Shown here piece by piece: positions 36,298 to 48,867 of a stretch of 64,000 bases of DNA (position 1 is its first letter; each line of letters starts with the position of its first letter). A program made the position numbers and the translations under genes. Source of the stretch: Stegostoma tigrinum (taxonomy: Eukaryota); contig NC_081396.1 in NCBI RefSeq assembly GCF_030684315.1, forward strand, positions 930,001-994,000, read 5' to 3'. The notes beneath the pieces were generated by a model. It saw nothing but the letters and a program-made list of their open reading frames with translations. It ran no database searches and was not told the origin of the DNA.

Positions 36298-38699
36298 CNN
36301 NNNNNNNNNNNNNNNNNNNNNNNNNNNNNNNNNNNNNNNNNNNNNNNNNNNNNNNNNNNNNNNNNNNNNNNNNNNNNNNNNNNNNNNNNNNNNNNNNNNN
36401 NNNNNNNNNNNNNNNNNNNNNNNNNNNNNNNNNNNNNNNNNNNNNNNNNNNNNNNNNNNNNNNNNNATGCATGTGTGAGGGTACGTCTGCGCATGTGTTT
36501 TGAAGAGTTTGTGTATACGTATCTGTACTACACGGTGCAAATGTGTAAAGGCTCAACATAAGAACGAAATCATCAGTACTACTCCCTGACGTCCTTGAAT
36601 AGATTTATTGTACTCCCCTGCTGTACATTGTATCAGGCTCCCTCTCCTGGTGCTTCCCGGTTATCGCTGTCAACGGTCTTGCATTTATTGATCTCCCCTG
36701 CTGGCTTCTCTGTGCTCCAACATGTTTATTTAAAAACACATGCTTTCGGAGCCCCAGTCCTTCTCCTGGTATTAGTGAGAGAGGTAAGCTCAGACACAGA
36801 ATTTGGTTCTTCCTTTAGTTTTCTCAGGGCCGTGACTTGAAAGGAATTCGGGGATTTACGTACACATATTAATCAATTAAAACCTTCTTGTTGATTAAAG
36901 ATTTAACAGCACATTAGGTTTGTTTAGTAGGTCCTCACCAATGGTGTGAACTGTCAATCTTTTAGATATAAATTCTGTGTCTGATAACACCTCTCACACC
37001 AACACGTGACGAAGGACTAAGGCTCCAAAAGCTTGTGTTTTCAAATAAACCTGTTGGACTATAACTGGTGTCGTGTGACTTCTAACTTTGTCCACTTCCA
37101 GTCCAACGCCGGCACCTCCACACCATGGCTTCTCGATGGATACTCAGTACCGTCTTTATCGCCCTCTCTTGGTGTCTCTCTATCTTTAGTCTGCATTTCA
37201 CTTTCGTTGACTCAGTCTGTTGGATTCTCTCCGGATACGTGAACTCAGCCTCAACTGATTGCTGACTCCACAATGGAAGCCGCCCGTCCAAAAATAAAAC
37301 AATTACATGACGGTACCTTTCATCTCTAATTACTGAGCCTTCCTTTCAGCTGTATTTCATTACTTTCGATACTCACAATATTATTCTCTCAGTTTCACTA
37401 AAGTGGTGTGCAAGAGGATCCAGTCCTTGAGTTTCTATTAGTTTGTAGGTGGGAGTATAACAGCTACACCTCCTGATCTGGCCCGTTGTGTACTACGCAG
37501 AGGAGAGCTGCTGTTTACTTGAGTGTTGTACTCCTGTCATTTAGACATGAAGATAGAGGTGTGATTAATCCTGAGCGTAATTAACCCAGGCGAGTTGCAG
37601 TTGAGATAACAAGGTGTAGAGCTGGATGAACACAGCAGGCCAAGCAGCATCAGAGGAGCAGGAAGGCTGACGTATCGGACCCAGACCCTTCTGCAGAGAA
37701 TTTTAGTTCATTCTGTTCATTCTGAACAGTTCACTCCTCTTCTCCAACAATCCATGGTTTGCTAAGCGGTAGTGTTTGCTCAGTGCCAGTTTCTAGTTCA
37801 CAGAAGGTTTGCATACAACAGACAGATCTCACAATGTAATGAGGCTGACTCATATAACGGGCTCAAAGTTAGATTCTCTTAAAATGGCGGGTTGTACTTC
37901 AGCCGTTTTCGTAATGCTGGAAAACCTGCTCAGTTTCTTGATGTGTTCGTGACTATTAACAGACCAGACATTCAGCTCCACTTCTGGACTCTAAACCGTG
38001 GAACCATTCCGATTCGAACCCCTCGAAAGTCGAACAAAATTAGCTTGTGTTAATCAGGATTGGAGGTCTGCAGAGAAATGATGCGAGTAAATATGGTTTT
38101 TTGTTTTATGATCAGCTGCATTATTTGTTGGATAATGAGCGAGCTGTGTGGAGGGATCTTGTGCCATTGTGGTGGTGCCCCTATGTGTGTCAGGAGGCTC
38201 ACATTCAAGTGCCACATGATCTGGACGTGTGTAATGAAAAATTCACTAAGTGGGCGCAGAAATGTTATTTTCTCCCGTGGGGGAGTCTAGGAGCAGAAAG
38301 CATAATTATCAGAATAAGGATTCACACATTTAACGTAACATACAATACAATATCTTTTATTGTCATGTGTATTTCATTTTAGGAGTACAATGAAAAGCTT
38401 TTACAACGTCTGCCTTCTTACAGCAACATCTTAGTTACAAGTACCTAGATACAATTCTTGGGCACAGAAGAAGAATTGAAGTCGTTGAGATGCTCACAGA
38501 GTTGAAAAGTAGAACCTCATTAAAGCGTTGACATCACAGCAAGGAAGGAAATTTCAAATAGACAGTCAGTGTAACATCTTACAGTAGGGCCTCCACACGT
38601 GGTCAGATTGGCCAGCCCAACAGCCATCCCTGCTGTGCTCCAAGTGTCAGACTGCTCTATACCGGCATTCAGCCGCTCCAGGGTAAGAGCCAGGACTGC

Positions 38700-39190
38700 C
38701 TCCCCAGGCTGGTGTTTGTCCAGGGCTCACTGCCATCGCGATGCTCCTTGGCTGTTTCTCCACGCTGCTCCTGGGCTTGCAGCCGACACACTGTTCCCAG
38801 ACTCACAACCCACGCACTGGACCCGGGCTCACAGCCCATGCATTCCTCCAAGGCTCACAGCCCACATGCTACTCCCAGACTCACAGGACACAGGCTGCTC
38901 CTGGGCTTGCAGCCCAAGCACTGCTCTCAGGTTCACAGCCCACACGTTACTCCCGGGCTCGCAGCTCATGCACTACTCCCTGGCTCGCAACCCATGCACT
39001 GCTCCTGGGCTCCAAGCCCACACACTGCTCCTGGGCTCCAAGCCCACGCACTGCTCCAGGCCTCACAGCCCACATGCTGTTCCTGGGCTCCAAGCCCACG
39101 CACTGCGCCAGGGCTCACACCCCATGTGCTACTCCACAGCTCACAGCCCATACACTGCTCAAGGACTTGCAGCCCACGTGCTGCTCCCGG
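38700..39190. repeat. Minisatellite of about 26-27 bp (CTGCTCCTGGGCTCCAAGCCCACGCA-like)
   Basis: Visible degenerate tandem array that explains overlapping ORFs in several frames. Confidence 0.85.
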
Positions 39191-40852
39191 GATCACTGTC
39201 CATTTGCTCCTCCAAGCCATGCTGCTCTAGTGACTTGCTGCGGTACCTGCCTCTCCATCAGTATTCACCACCGAAGCTGACCGGAGAGAAGGTGAAAAAA
39301 GAAAGAGGACAATAGATGGGAAAACAAAGAAAAAAAAAACAGGTGGAGCTGTGGAACTCTAGCAGGAGCATCCTACTCTGCTGCTATCTTGCCAGAACCT
39401 AGTTGAAGAGACATGTCGTCTTTCAGAGAGAAAAGAATGTGTGGAATTGTTTACCACAGAGCTTGTGTGCTAAGTAGGTCCAAGACTGAGATTGACATGG
39501 AAAGACTGTTTCGGTTGGACTTGTAACCTTTTGAGCCTGCAGGATTCTCACGTGATTGAATTTAAACATATGATTCTGAGAGAACTTGATTGGAACTTCC
39601 GTCTGTAATCCTCATGCTGCCCACATCTCACCCTCTTTGTATTCCCCACATGTACCCCTCTGTAATCTTCACTGTGGCCACCTCTCTAACACCCACACTG
39701 ATTCTGTTTGTCTATGAATGTAGGTTGATGCCACTGTTCTCTCTCTGACTAATTCCCTGGGCATCTTCACACTGCAGTTGCAGTAACTTCAGGCAGCCAG
39801 CAGACAGTGGCATTGTATCACTTTGGCAAGACTAACGCAGAGCGATTTTGGAATATATCTTCCTTTGCACAGAGAGACGAGCGAGCACGCTCAGAGACAC
39901 CCCCACACACAGAAACATCCACACCCACACACAGTATGGTCGAACTGAAGATTTTTTTCCCTTTCATTCGTGGGATGAGGACCTTGCTGGTTAGACCAGC
40001 ATTTATTGCCCAGAGGGTGGTTAAGAGTCAACCACATTGCTGTGGGTTTGGAGTCACCAAGTAAGGATGGCACTTTCCTTCCCTAGAACGCACTAGTGAA
40101 CCAGTGGGTTTTCCTCTCAACTGATGATGGGTTCACGGTCATCAGACTCTTAGTTTCAAATACTTATTGCGAGAGTCGAGCCTGGGTCGTCAGGGTCTCG
40201 GGATTAGCTGTCCAGTGATAATATCGCTGGACCATTGTGTCCCCATGACCTGAGGATCACGAGTGAAAAATCATTCACCTGTGCAGTGGGTTCTGCCCCG
40301 TGAGGCCTCCGTGTTCAGTGAGCCCGAAAGCACCCACAGAGAGGGAGGAGGAAGGTGAGAGCGGGTCAGTGAAGAAATGGGCTGAGGGGGAGTAACATAG
40401 GGACAGAGTGGTAATCCTGAGCCTGAGGACAGAGAAGCAGCAATAGAGGAGCAGACTGCAGAGTTTGATAAAAGAGATAATGGAGATAATGCTGATTTTG
40501 ACTGAGGTTGCTTCCAATGATGGAGAAGGTAGCGTTTGAGGGGTTGTATTCAGAAAGGGAACAGTTGGTGGGGCTGCGAGGAGTATGGGCGGGTTGGAAA
40601 TCTCAGCGAGGAGCGACAACAATTTTGGAGACTGGCGAACTGATTAAGAAGAAAAATTGGCATCAACTGGGGAAGTGGGCAGTTAAAAATAAGGGCATTC
40701 GGAGTCAAGGGTACAATGATTCTGGGGAATTGCTTATCATGGATGGAGGTCAGTCAATCAGAATGCTCAGTGATGCATTTTAAGCGCAGTGATTGTAACT
40801 CTTCTCAGATGTGTCAAATCACTGCGAGTCCGCCCCCTTCTCCCCGCCCACA

Positions 40853-40890
40853 AGGCAGTGAAGTGGGAACCTTCAGAGACACGTCAGCAT
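40853..40890 (+). promoter_or_regulatory. Conserved V promoter block with CRE half-site (ACGTCA)
   Basis: GGCAGTGA..TGGAAC.TC.AGAGACACGTCAG about 70-100 bp upstream of the ATG, repeated upstream of V4 (about 60318-60352) and V5 (about 62538-62572) and degenerate in V2 and V3. CRE elements are typical of TCR V promoters. Confidence 0.5.
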
Positions 40891-40955
40891 TTTACTGACA
40901 GCGGGTTTATAGAACAGGTTCCTACAAATATCCAGCCGCACAGAGGACAGCAGCA

Positions 40956-41411
40956 ATGCAGCTACTTAGCATCTGGGTTGTGTGGGGAGTAATTCTAACA
41001 GGTAAACTTGAAGCAAATGCATTTTACATTTGTTCGTTAGATCATAGCATAAACTGGCCCCGGCCTGACACTTGACAATTTATGTCTGTTTTCCCTTTCA
41101 GACATGAGCCATGGAGATTCTGTCGCTCAGTCACCTTCCTCATATGTTCAGAAAGAAGGAAAGGCTGTGGCTCTAAAGTGCACCTATGATACTACATCAA
41201 GTGGTTATACATTACACTGGTATCGCCAGCACCCGGACACACAGCCCGAATTTATTCTGTGGCAAGATACTGATGGTGAAGCTGGCAAAGCAAGTTTTGT
41301 GCAAGATCGTTTCTCTATGCAACTCGAGACCTCGAAGAAATTGACGAGTTTGGCTATCACTGGGCTACAGCTGACTGACACTGCCGTGTATTACTGCGGT
41401 TTCAGTGACTA
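40956..41411 (+). CDS. TRDV: TCR alpha/delta V gene 1 (leader 40956-41001, V exon 41102-41411), intact
   Basis: Leader MQLLSIWVVWGVILT with GT-AG intron. V exon DSVAQS...LKCTY...WYRQ...DTAVYYCGF. RSS CACGGTG-23-ACAAAAACT at 41412-41450. Confidence 0.93.
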
Positions 41412-42537
41412 CACGGTGATGAGAAACTCTCTCACCCCAGCACAAAAACTTCCTCGAACCACAGATAGGGTCTGTGTCCGCTGGGGCTTTAGTGAATCGT
41501 GGGCTGCTGTAGTGTAGACCTCAAACCTCACACTGAGAGGAGATCAAATTAACCTCCAATCAATCTCTCACGGAATTGTTTTCCAGAGCTGCTGACAAAA
41601 TAAACTGCAGACTCCGAGTGCTCCCATAGACACAAGACAGCATCATATTTGAAGCCACCTGTTCAAATCCACACCCTCGACAATCTGTGGTCCTGTGATT
41701 TGCAGGCAGTAAACTGGGAAAAAGCTGCCCTTTTACAAGTTTGACCTTCTGACAGCTGACAGAGGCATCCAGAGACACGACCGCAGTTTACTGAGGGTGC
41801 GGCTCTGGAATGAGGGTTTCTGAAGCGGCTGACTTGAATGAATTGAGGAAATGGTGCATTAATCCTCTCATAATCGAGGTGATAATATAGAACTCTATCT
41901 GCTGAGAATATAACAGGGTAACCACTCTCTGTTTCTGTACGTGTGTGTATGACTATGTGTGATTGTTGTTTCTATGTATGTGTGTGTATCAGTGTGGGTC
42001 TGAACAAGAAAAGGTTCAATGTAACTGTGAACCTATCAGTCCTACTACCACACTGTATTTTATATCAAACTCCTCCTGTTGATGTTTTTCTGTATCACTG
42101 TCAACTATCTCGCATTCATTGATCTCCTTTCTCAGTTTCTCTGTGCAATCTCATTGCCGTCATTCTCTCCGCCTGCCGGCGTCTCTCTATCTTTAAGTTG
42201 AGTTTCCCCTTCATTTTCTGCTTCTTTTAGATTCTCCTCAGCCAACTCAGTCTCAATTTGATTGGAGATAACATAATGGAAAATAAAACTACTACATGAT
42301 GGCATCTTTCATGTCAATATATTGAGTCTTTTCACCTGCATTTTCGCAGAGGTCACTCTTATTATTGACTCGAATAATGTTGTCTTGGTTTAATTAATGT
42401 CGTGTGCAAGAGGCCACGGGTCCTTGATTTGTGGTCAGTGTGGAAATATAACAGCTTTAACCCCTGCTGTGGCCTCCTGCGCAATATAAAGAGGAGAGCT
42501 GGTGTTTATTTCAGTGCTGTGCTCCTGTCAACAGGAC

Positions 42538-42574
42538 ATGATTATTCTTATTATCCTGAATAGAATCAACCCTG
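42538..42574 (+). pseudogene. Orphan leader-like exon MIILIILNRINP
   Basis: TATAAA at 42485-42490, ATG, hydrophobic run, phase-1 G|GTGAGT donor, and no plus-strand V exon follows. Homologues at 37547-37589 and 54935-54992. Confidence 0.55.
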
Positions 42575-42882
42575 GTGAGTAACACTTGAGATTCTTAGGG
42601 GCTACTGATGTGAACTGACAGTGTGTGTGTCCCTCTGGCTCAACTAGACCCGGTTTCTAAGCTAACGTCATCTCTGGAAATGATTTCAGAATGGATGCAC
42701 TCTGAATCTCCACCGATTAACATTGATACAATATTTCCAAATTGAACATGGGAGATCCAGAAATTTCATTTCCACTCCGTTATCGGTGCACCTCTGTCAG
42801 GTTGTTGTGATTGAGATGGTGAACGGTTGGTGTAGTTTCTGTCTCCTTGGTCTCTCTTTATTGGGTGCTGATTTGGTTGCAT

Positions 42883-43184
42883 CACGGCGATGATCACATG
42901 GCAGAGGCAGATGGTAGCAGAGTTCATCCCAGTGTCTCTGATGGTCAAAATACTGTAATTCTGTTCCTGGTGAAGAGCGGCCTGAATCCTGCCTGTTCTG
43001 AACACGCTGCCCGAGGCCCTGACCAGAAGCTGCGGCTCCTGCCCGTTACCCCATGGGTACAACTTCACGAAGCTGAGCAAGGTGCTGGCGTTGCAGTTCA
43101 ATGTCACTGAGGACAGTCACCAGTGCCACAAGAGACTGGGTGATCCGTTCTCCAACCAGGAGCACTGCAACTTGGAATCAGAAC
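42883..43184 (-). pseudogene. Decayed V-segment pseudogene of a different family, same orientation as D-J-C
   Basis: Acceptor tttctcctgcAG, then ...ITQS.../VTLNCNAST...EPQLLVR...GRIQAAL...YSILTIRDTGMNSATICLC. Frameshifted 5' end, lost Trp, eroded heptamer CGCCGTG. Confidence 0.75.
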
Positions 43185-46100
43185 CTGCAGGAGAAATGAT
43201 GAAAGGAGATAAGGGTGCATGCATCCAGCTCCCTGGAAACACATTGCATTCCCCAAATGGGAAACTGGGTGTTCCCCAGTAGATATTCACAAACCCCGTT
43301 TCATCTGAAAATACTTTTAATAAAAAGAACAATATTTTCACACATCTGTGGCTGTCTATCTATTAGTGAAAAAACTCAAATCAGAGATAGTAGGAACTGC
43401 AGATCCTGGAGAATCTGAGATTACAAGTGTAGAGCTGGATGAACACAACAGGTCAAGCAGCATCAGAGCAGCAGGAAGGCTGATGTTTTGGGCCCAGAAC
43501 CTTCTTCAGAAAAAAAAAACAAGAACAGTCTAGTCCTGAAATGTCAGCCTTCCTGCTCCTCTCGCTCTGCTTGGTCTGCTGTGTTCGTCCAGCTCTACAC
43601 ATTGTTACCTCATTTACTCCAATCACATCAGCTGACAATGTGTCAGAGTTTGAGGTTCTCAGCATTTCACTTTGAGAGAATGTCTCAACTTGAATCGGAA
43701 TGATGACCCTGGCTTCTGGCTGATTTTTTTTTTGTTCCCTGAAGAGATGTGGGCTGGCATAGTTTTTGTTACCCACTCGTCATAGCCCTGGAGAAATTGA
43801 TGATGGGTGGAGATGCACATGGTAAACCTTAATGGAGGGGAAGCCAGAATATTGATTCAGCATCACTGAAGGAAGGGTGATACATTTCCAAGTCAGGATG
43901 GTGAATGGCTTGTGTTTGGGGGGATTGGGGAGCGGGGGGGGATGGTGGTGTGGAGATTGCCAGTGAGAATGTTCCCATGTATCTTCCGCCCTTGTTATTC
44001 TAGATGGAAGTGGTCATTGCTTTGGAAGGTGTTGCCGTTTTCTTCTTTTGTTACATCCCAACACACAATAATAAAGGGGATTGCAGCGTTGCCTCAAAAT
44101 AGAATTGTGAGAAGATCACATGACTGTGAATCTCAGCTGAGATAATTGTATTCAGCTTGAGGATAATCAGCTGTAATCTCACCTCCATCTAAATGGCCTT
44201 TTGATATGAATACAAGACCGAAATAACAGTGGCTGTCCTTTTTGTGGGCCAGAGCAGGAAGTGCAATTGTTCTACTTTCACATGGACACTGAGCACAAGG
44301 CAATGAGTGTCCAAAAGCTTCCATCCATGCATTCAGGTGTTAGTGCTAATGTGTGTGTGTCTGTGTACCTGCGTGACCGTTTTGTTGTGCATCTTTGTCT
44401 TGAGGTGTTTGTGGTCGTGCTTCGATGTGTTCTGCTGTGCTTTGTTCTGTCTGGCTCAGTGTCTGATGGAAAACGTTCAAATGTTCAGAAAATTTTTTCT
44501 CCAGCGTTGTCTAACGGATCTAATGTCAGCTCAGAAGGAGTGAGCTGTTACCTTCTTATATCGATCACCTAGAGGGCTGATAATAAATTAATTAATCAAA
44601 AAATCCCGCACCCTCTTTCTTTGTTGCACCCGCCTCAGTTCAACACGATGCAGTTCCTCCCTCTGCGGTCCACTAGTACTCAGTATGAAGACCAAGCGAG
44701 TCAGGGATTCAGTCAGAGGGAGGGTGGCAGCACACAGCGCCATTCAAACTAGCAGAATGATCAACTCATACAGACATGGTGTGCAGTCTGTGATAGTCTC
44801 AACCCTCATGTCCAACTAACATTCATAATTTCACTAGCCATTTTGATGTTTTTTTCTCCTCTGTTTCTCCTTGTTCACCCGCCTGTCAAACTTCCACATC
44901 TTGCATGTCAGTTTCCCAGAGTAACAATCTACAGTTTAAGAGCGTGTGAGTTTCTGGATGAGGGATGAATCTCACAATGGAATGAAGCTGATCTTTACAA
45001 CAGCCTCAAAGTTAGGTTCTGTTCACTGGCCAGGCGTACACCAGCTGTCTTCATAATGCTCGAAATGTTCCATAATGTATTGATTTGTTCATGACAATTA
45101 ACAGAGCAGACATTCATCTCCACTCCTGGACTGTAAAGAGTGGAACTGTTCTTACTAGCACACCACAAACTTAATACAAAATGAGTTTGCGATTTCCCAG
45201 CCCTGGACATGTGCAGAGAAATGTGTGTTAGCAAACATGCTTTGCACTTATCAATATCAGAGTAATGTCAGTGTAAAAGCAAGTTGCATGGAAGGATCAC
45301 ACGTCACTGCGGTAGTGCACCTGCCCTTGAATCATAGGCTCAATTTCAAGTCCACTCGGCTCTAAACATGTATCATGAAAACTTTGCAGTGTAGCCGAGG
45401 AAAACGTGTTTCATCTTGTGGGAGAGTCTAGGAGCGTAATCTCAGAAAATAGTGTTATATATTTAAAGTAGAGATGGGGTGTCACTTCTTCCCTCAGAGG
45501 AAATAAAAGATCAGTGAAAGTATTTATGACAGAGTTTGGGTGCAAAATATTTTCAAATTTGAAATAAACGTGGAATGGCTGGATAAACCTGTATCCTTTT
45601 GAGGTTGCGAGCGTCAGACACCTGTACGATACAATCTCACCCTTTGCATAGACTGAAACAACTACATCTGCAACAGCGAAAATCGACAGTCAATCAGTCT
45701 GATGGGGAGCATTATGAGACAGCAGCATTCNNNNNNNNNNNNNNNNNNNNNNNNNNNNNNNNNNNNNNNNNNNNNNNNNNNNNNNNNNNNNNNNNNNNNN
45801 NNNNNNNNNNNNNNNNNNNNNNNNNNNNNNNNNNNNNNNNNNNNNNNNNNNNNNNNNNNNNATGTCTGCTGTAAAATTATTCAGATGTACAGTCAGCCTT
45901 GCCATATGACGCCGCTGTGTTCAGCGAGTGAACAAGTACCCTCAGATGGGAAGAAGAAAGGTGAGACTGAGTTCACTGATGAATGCTGAGAGGACGTACC
46001 AGAGGGAGAGAGTCATATTCCTGAGTTGGGGACAGAGAAGCAGCAACCGAGGACCAGAATAAAGGAGAATCTGATAAAATGATATCAGATGGACAGCTGA

Positions 46101-46577
46101 ATAACGTTGAGATTGAGCCCAGTGATGTGGAAAGTTGTACTGTAATTTGAAGGGACAATTTGTGGGCCTGCAAGGATTATGTGCTGGGTAGAAATCTCGG
46201 GGGCCCTATGGGCAATTTTGGTGCACCCTATAACTGGCCATGAGCAACAAATGGCTTCAGTTGAGGAAGTTGGGCAGATAAAGAACAGAATCTTGAAAAT
46301 AAAGGGTACAGTGATCCTGGTGAATTTCTTACCATGGAAGGAGGTCAATCCATCAGAAGTCTCAGGGTTCCATTGTAAGTGCAGTAACTCGAAACTAGAT
46401 CAGGATTTTTCAACTCACTGAGAATGTGCTACCTTCCTTTGACGCACAAAACATCACCACCCCCAAAAAGGCAGCGAGGTGGGAACTTCCAGCTATATGT
46501 CAGCAGTTTACTGAGGTCGGTGCATTAGAATGGGAGTCTTCAAATATCTGAATGCCCTGTTACACAGGACAGCGACA

Positions 46578-47035
46578 ATGCAGCTCCTCAACATCTGGTT
46601 CGTGTGGGGAGTAATTCTAGCAGGTAAATGTGGAGGAAATCCATTTCCTATTTCTTTTTTCAAATCAAGGTTTAAACTGAGGCCAGTTCAGACAATTCAG
46701 AATTGATATCTGCTTTCCTTTTCAGATCTGTGTCGTGGAGATTCTGTCACTCAGTCACTCTCCTCAGATGTTGGCAAAGAAGGAGAAGCAGTTACTCTAA
46801 GCTGTACCTACGATACTACATTGAGCGCCTATACATTTTACTGGTACCAACAGCACCCAGACAAGCAGTTCGAGTATATTCTGCAGAAAAGTACTTCTGG
46901 CTATGAGGATAAAGCAAATTTTGCTAAAAATCGATTCTCTGTAGAACTTCAGAAGTGGAAGAAATTCACCAGTTTGACGATCTCATGGCTACAGCTGACT
47001 GACACTGCCATGTATTACTGTGCTTTCCAGGACCT
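46578..47035 (+). CDS. TRDV: TCR alpha/delta V gene 2 (leader 46578-46623, V exon 46726-47035), open frame but defective heptamer
   Basis: Leader MQLLNIWFVWGVILA. V exon DSVTQS...LSCTY...WYQQ...DTAMYYCAF. RSS CCCAGTG-23-ACAAAAACT at 47036-47074. Confidence 0.9.
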
Positions 47036-48867
47036 CCCAGTGATGAAATCCAGCCTCCCTTCTGTACAAAAACTACACTTGGACCGTAGCATGATCTATA
47101 CAGTGGAGCTTTCACAGAATCTCCAGATGTTATTAATGTGTTTTCGAGAGTTTCAATTCAGATCAAGAGAAAACCGCACTAGCCTCCCATCAAACTGTCA
47201 CCTGCGCTGCTGAGAAAAATCAACTACTGTCTGTGAGCATGTGCACAGACACAAGCCATAACGTTGTCAGAAATTCATGTTGTGCTTCAGCTGTCTTCCC
47301 ATTCCTTGGGATAAATTCCTAATTTTTTGATTTTTTCCATGGATATTCATTCCCAATCTTACAGCCTCAAGCTTCTAATCATTCCAATTGATGTGCATGA
47401 ATATAATACAAAATTAGTTTGCCTCATTCTTGGGCTGGAATTCTGGAGAAAAAATGATTGTGAGCAAACATGCTTTGAGTTTATCCACATCAGAATAACT
47501 CTTCAGTGCATAAGCAAGCTGCATGAAGGCAGCCGGTAACACTGTCATAGTATCCCCACCTTAGTCAGGTGGGACACCTCAACTCCCACAGACTCTAGAG
47601 GTTTCTAATGAAAACTTGACAGAACAGACGCTGATAAAGTATTTTCCCCGTTGGAGAAGCTGGGAGCAGATGAAGAATTTCAGAATAAAGAGTCACACCT
47701 TGAAATTAGAAATGAGGAGGCATTTCTGCTCTCAGAGGATGAAAGGTCTGTGAAATTATTTGCCTCAGAGTCTGGGTGATAAATATGTTCAAATGTGAGA
47801 TAGACACGGAACGGCTAGTTTGTCTGGGCCTGTATTCTCTGGAGATTGCAAGAGCCACATACGATTGAATTGAAACATACAAATCCTGAGATGACTTGGT
47901 TTGATGAAATCGAGTCCATGCCCATGCCCGTTTTTGCAAACTCACCCACTTTGCAATTCCCGTATAGACCCCATCTGTAATCTTTACACTTACAGTGTGC
48001 TGTGTACTGATGCTGCTATAAGATGGGATGCTGATGTCTGCTGGTCCTCCCTCTCTGACTGATTCCCTAGTAGATTTTACTGAGGGCATTTGTAGACGCT
48101 TCAGAACATCAGCCGACGTTGGCATTGTCTCACTTTAAACTCTAATTGAAGTGCAACCATAGAGGAATTGATCTCTAAAAATGCAGGAAAAGCAACTACA
48201 ACTGCACACAGTGGATATTGAAAGGTAATCAGTCAGATGGAGAGCAGCAGCAAACAGCAGCANNNNNNNNNNNNNNNNNNNNNNNNNNNNNNNNNNNNNN
48301 NNNNNNNNNNNNNNNNNNNNNNNNNNNNNNNNNNNNNNNNNNNNNNNNNNNNNNNNNNNNNNNNNNNNNNNNNNNNNNNNNNNNNNNNNNNNNNNNNCTA
48401 TTGTAATATTAATCATATTTAGAGTGAATCCTGTTCTGTGGGGCCTCTGTATTTAGTGAGTCAGAAAAACACCCACAGCAGCAAGGAAGGAAGGTGAGAC
48501 TGAGCTCAGTGAAGAATGCTGACAGGAACAAACAGAGGGAGAGTGTTATAATCTTGAGCTTGAGGACAGAAAAGCAGCAATAGAGGTCCAGAATAAAGGA
48601 GAATCAGGTAAGAGTGATATGAAAGATTCTGCTGGATAAGATTGAGGTTGAGTTCTGTGGTGTGGAAGGTGTGATTATAATCTGAGAGGCGACAGTTTGT
48701 GGGGTCACCAGCTGGATGTGTGGGTTGGAATTCCCAGAGATAGCGTGGACAATGTGGAGGCAGCCCTAAACTAGTTAAGAACAAGAACTGGAGTCAATTG
48801 GGGAAGTGCAGCAGAGAAAAAAAGAAAGAAAAGAACGGTGTTTTTTTCCTTCATGTCAACATATACC

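Noticed and set aside
38599-39315. 238-aa ORF, or a CRISPR-like array
   Set aside because: It is a degenerate minisatellite with no unique spacers, in vertebrate DNA.
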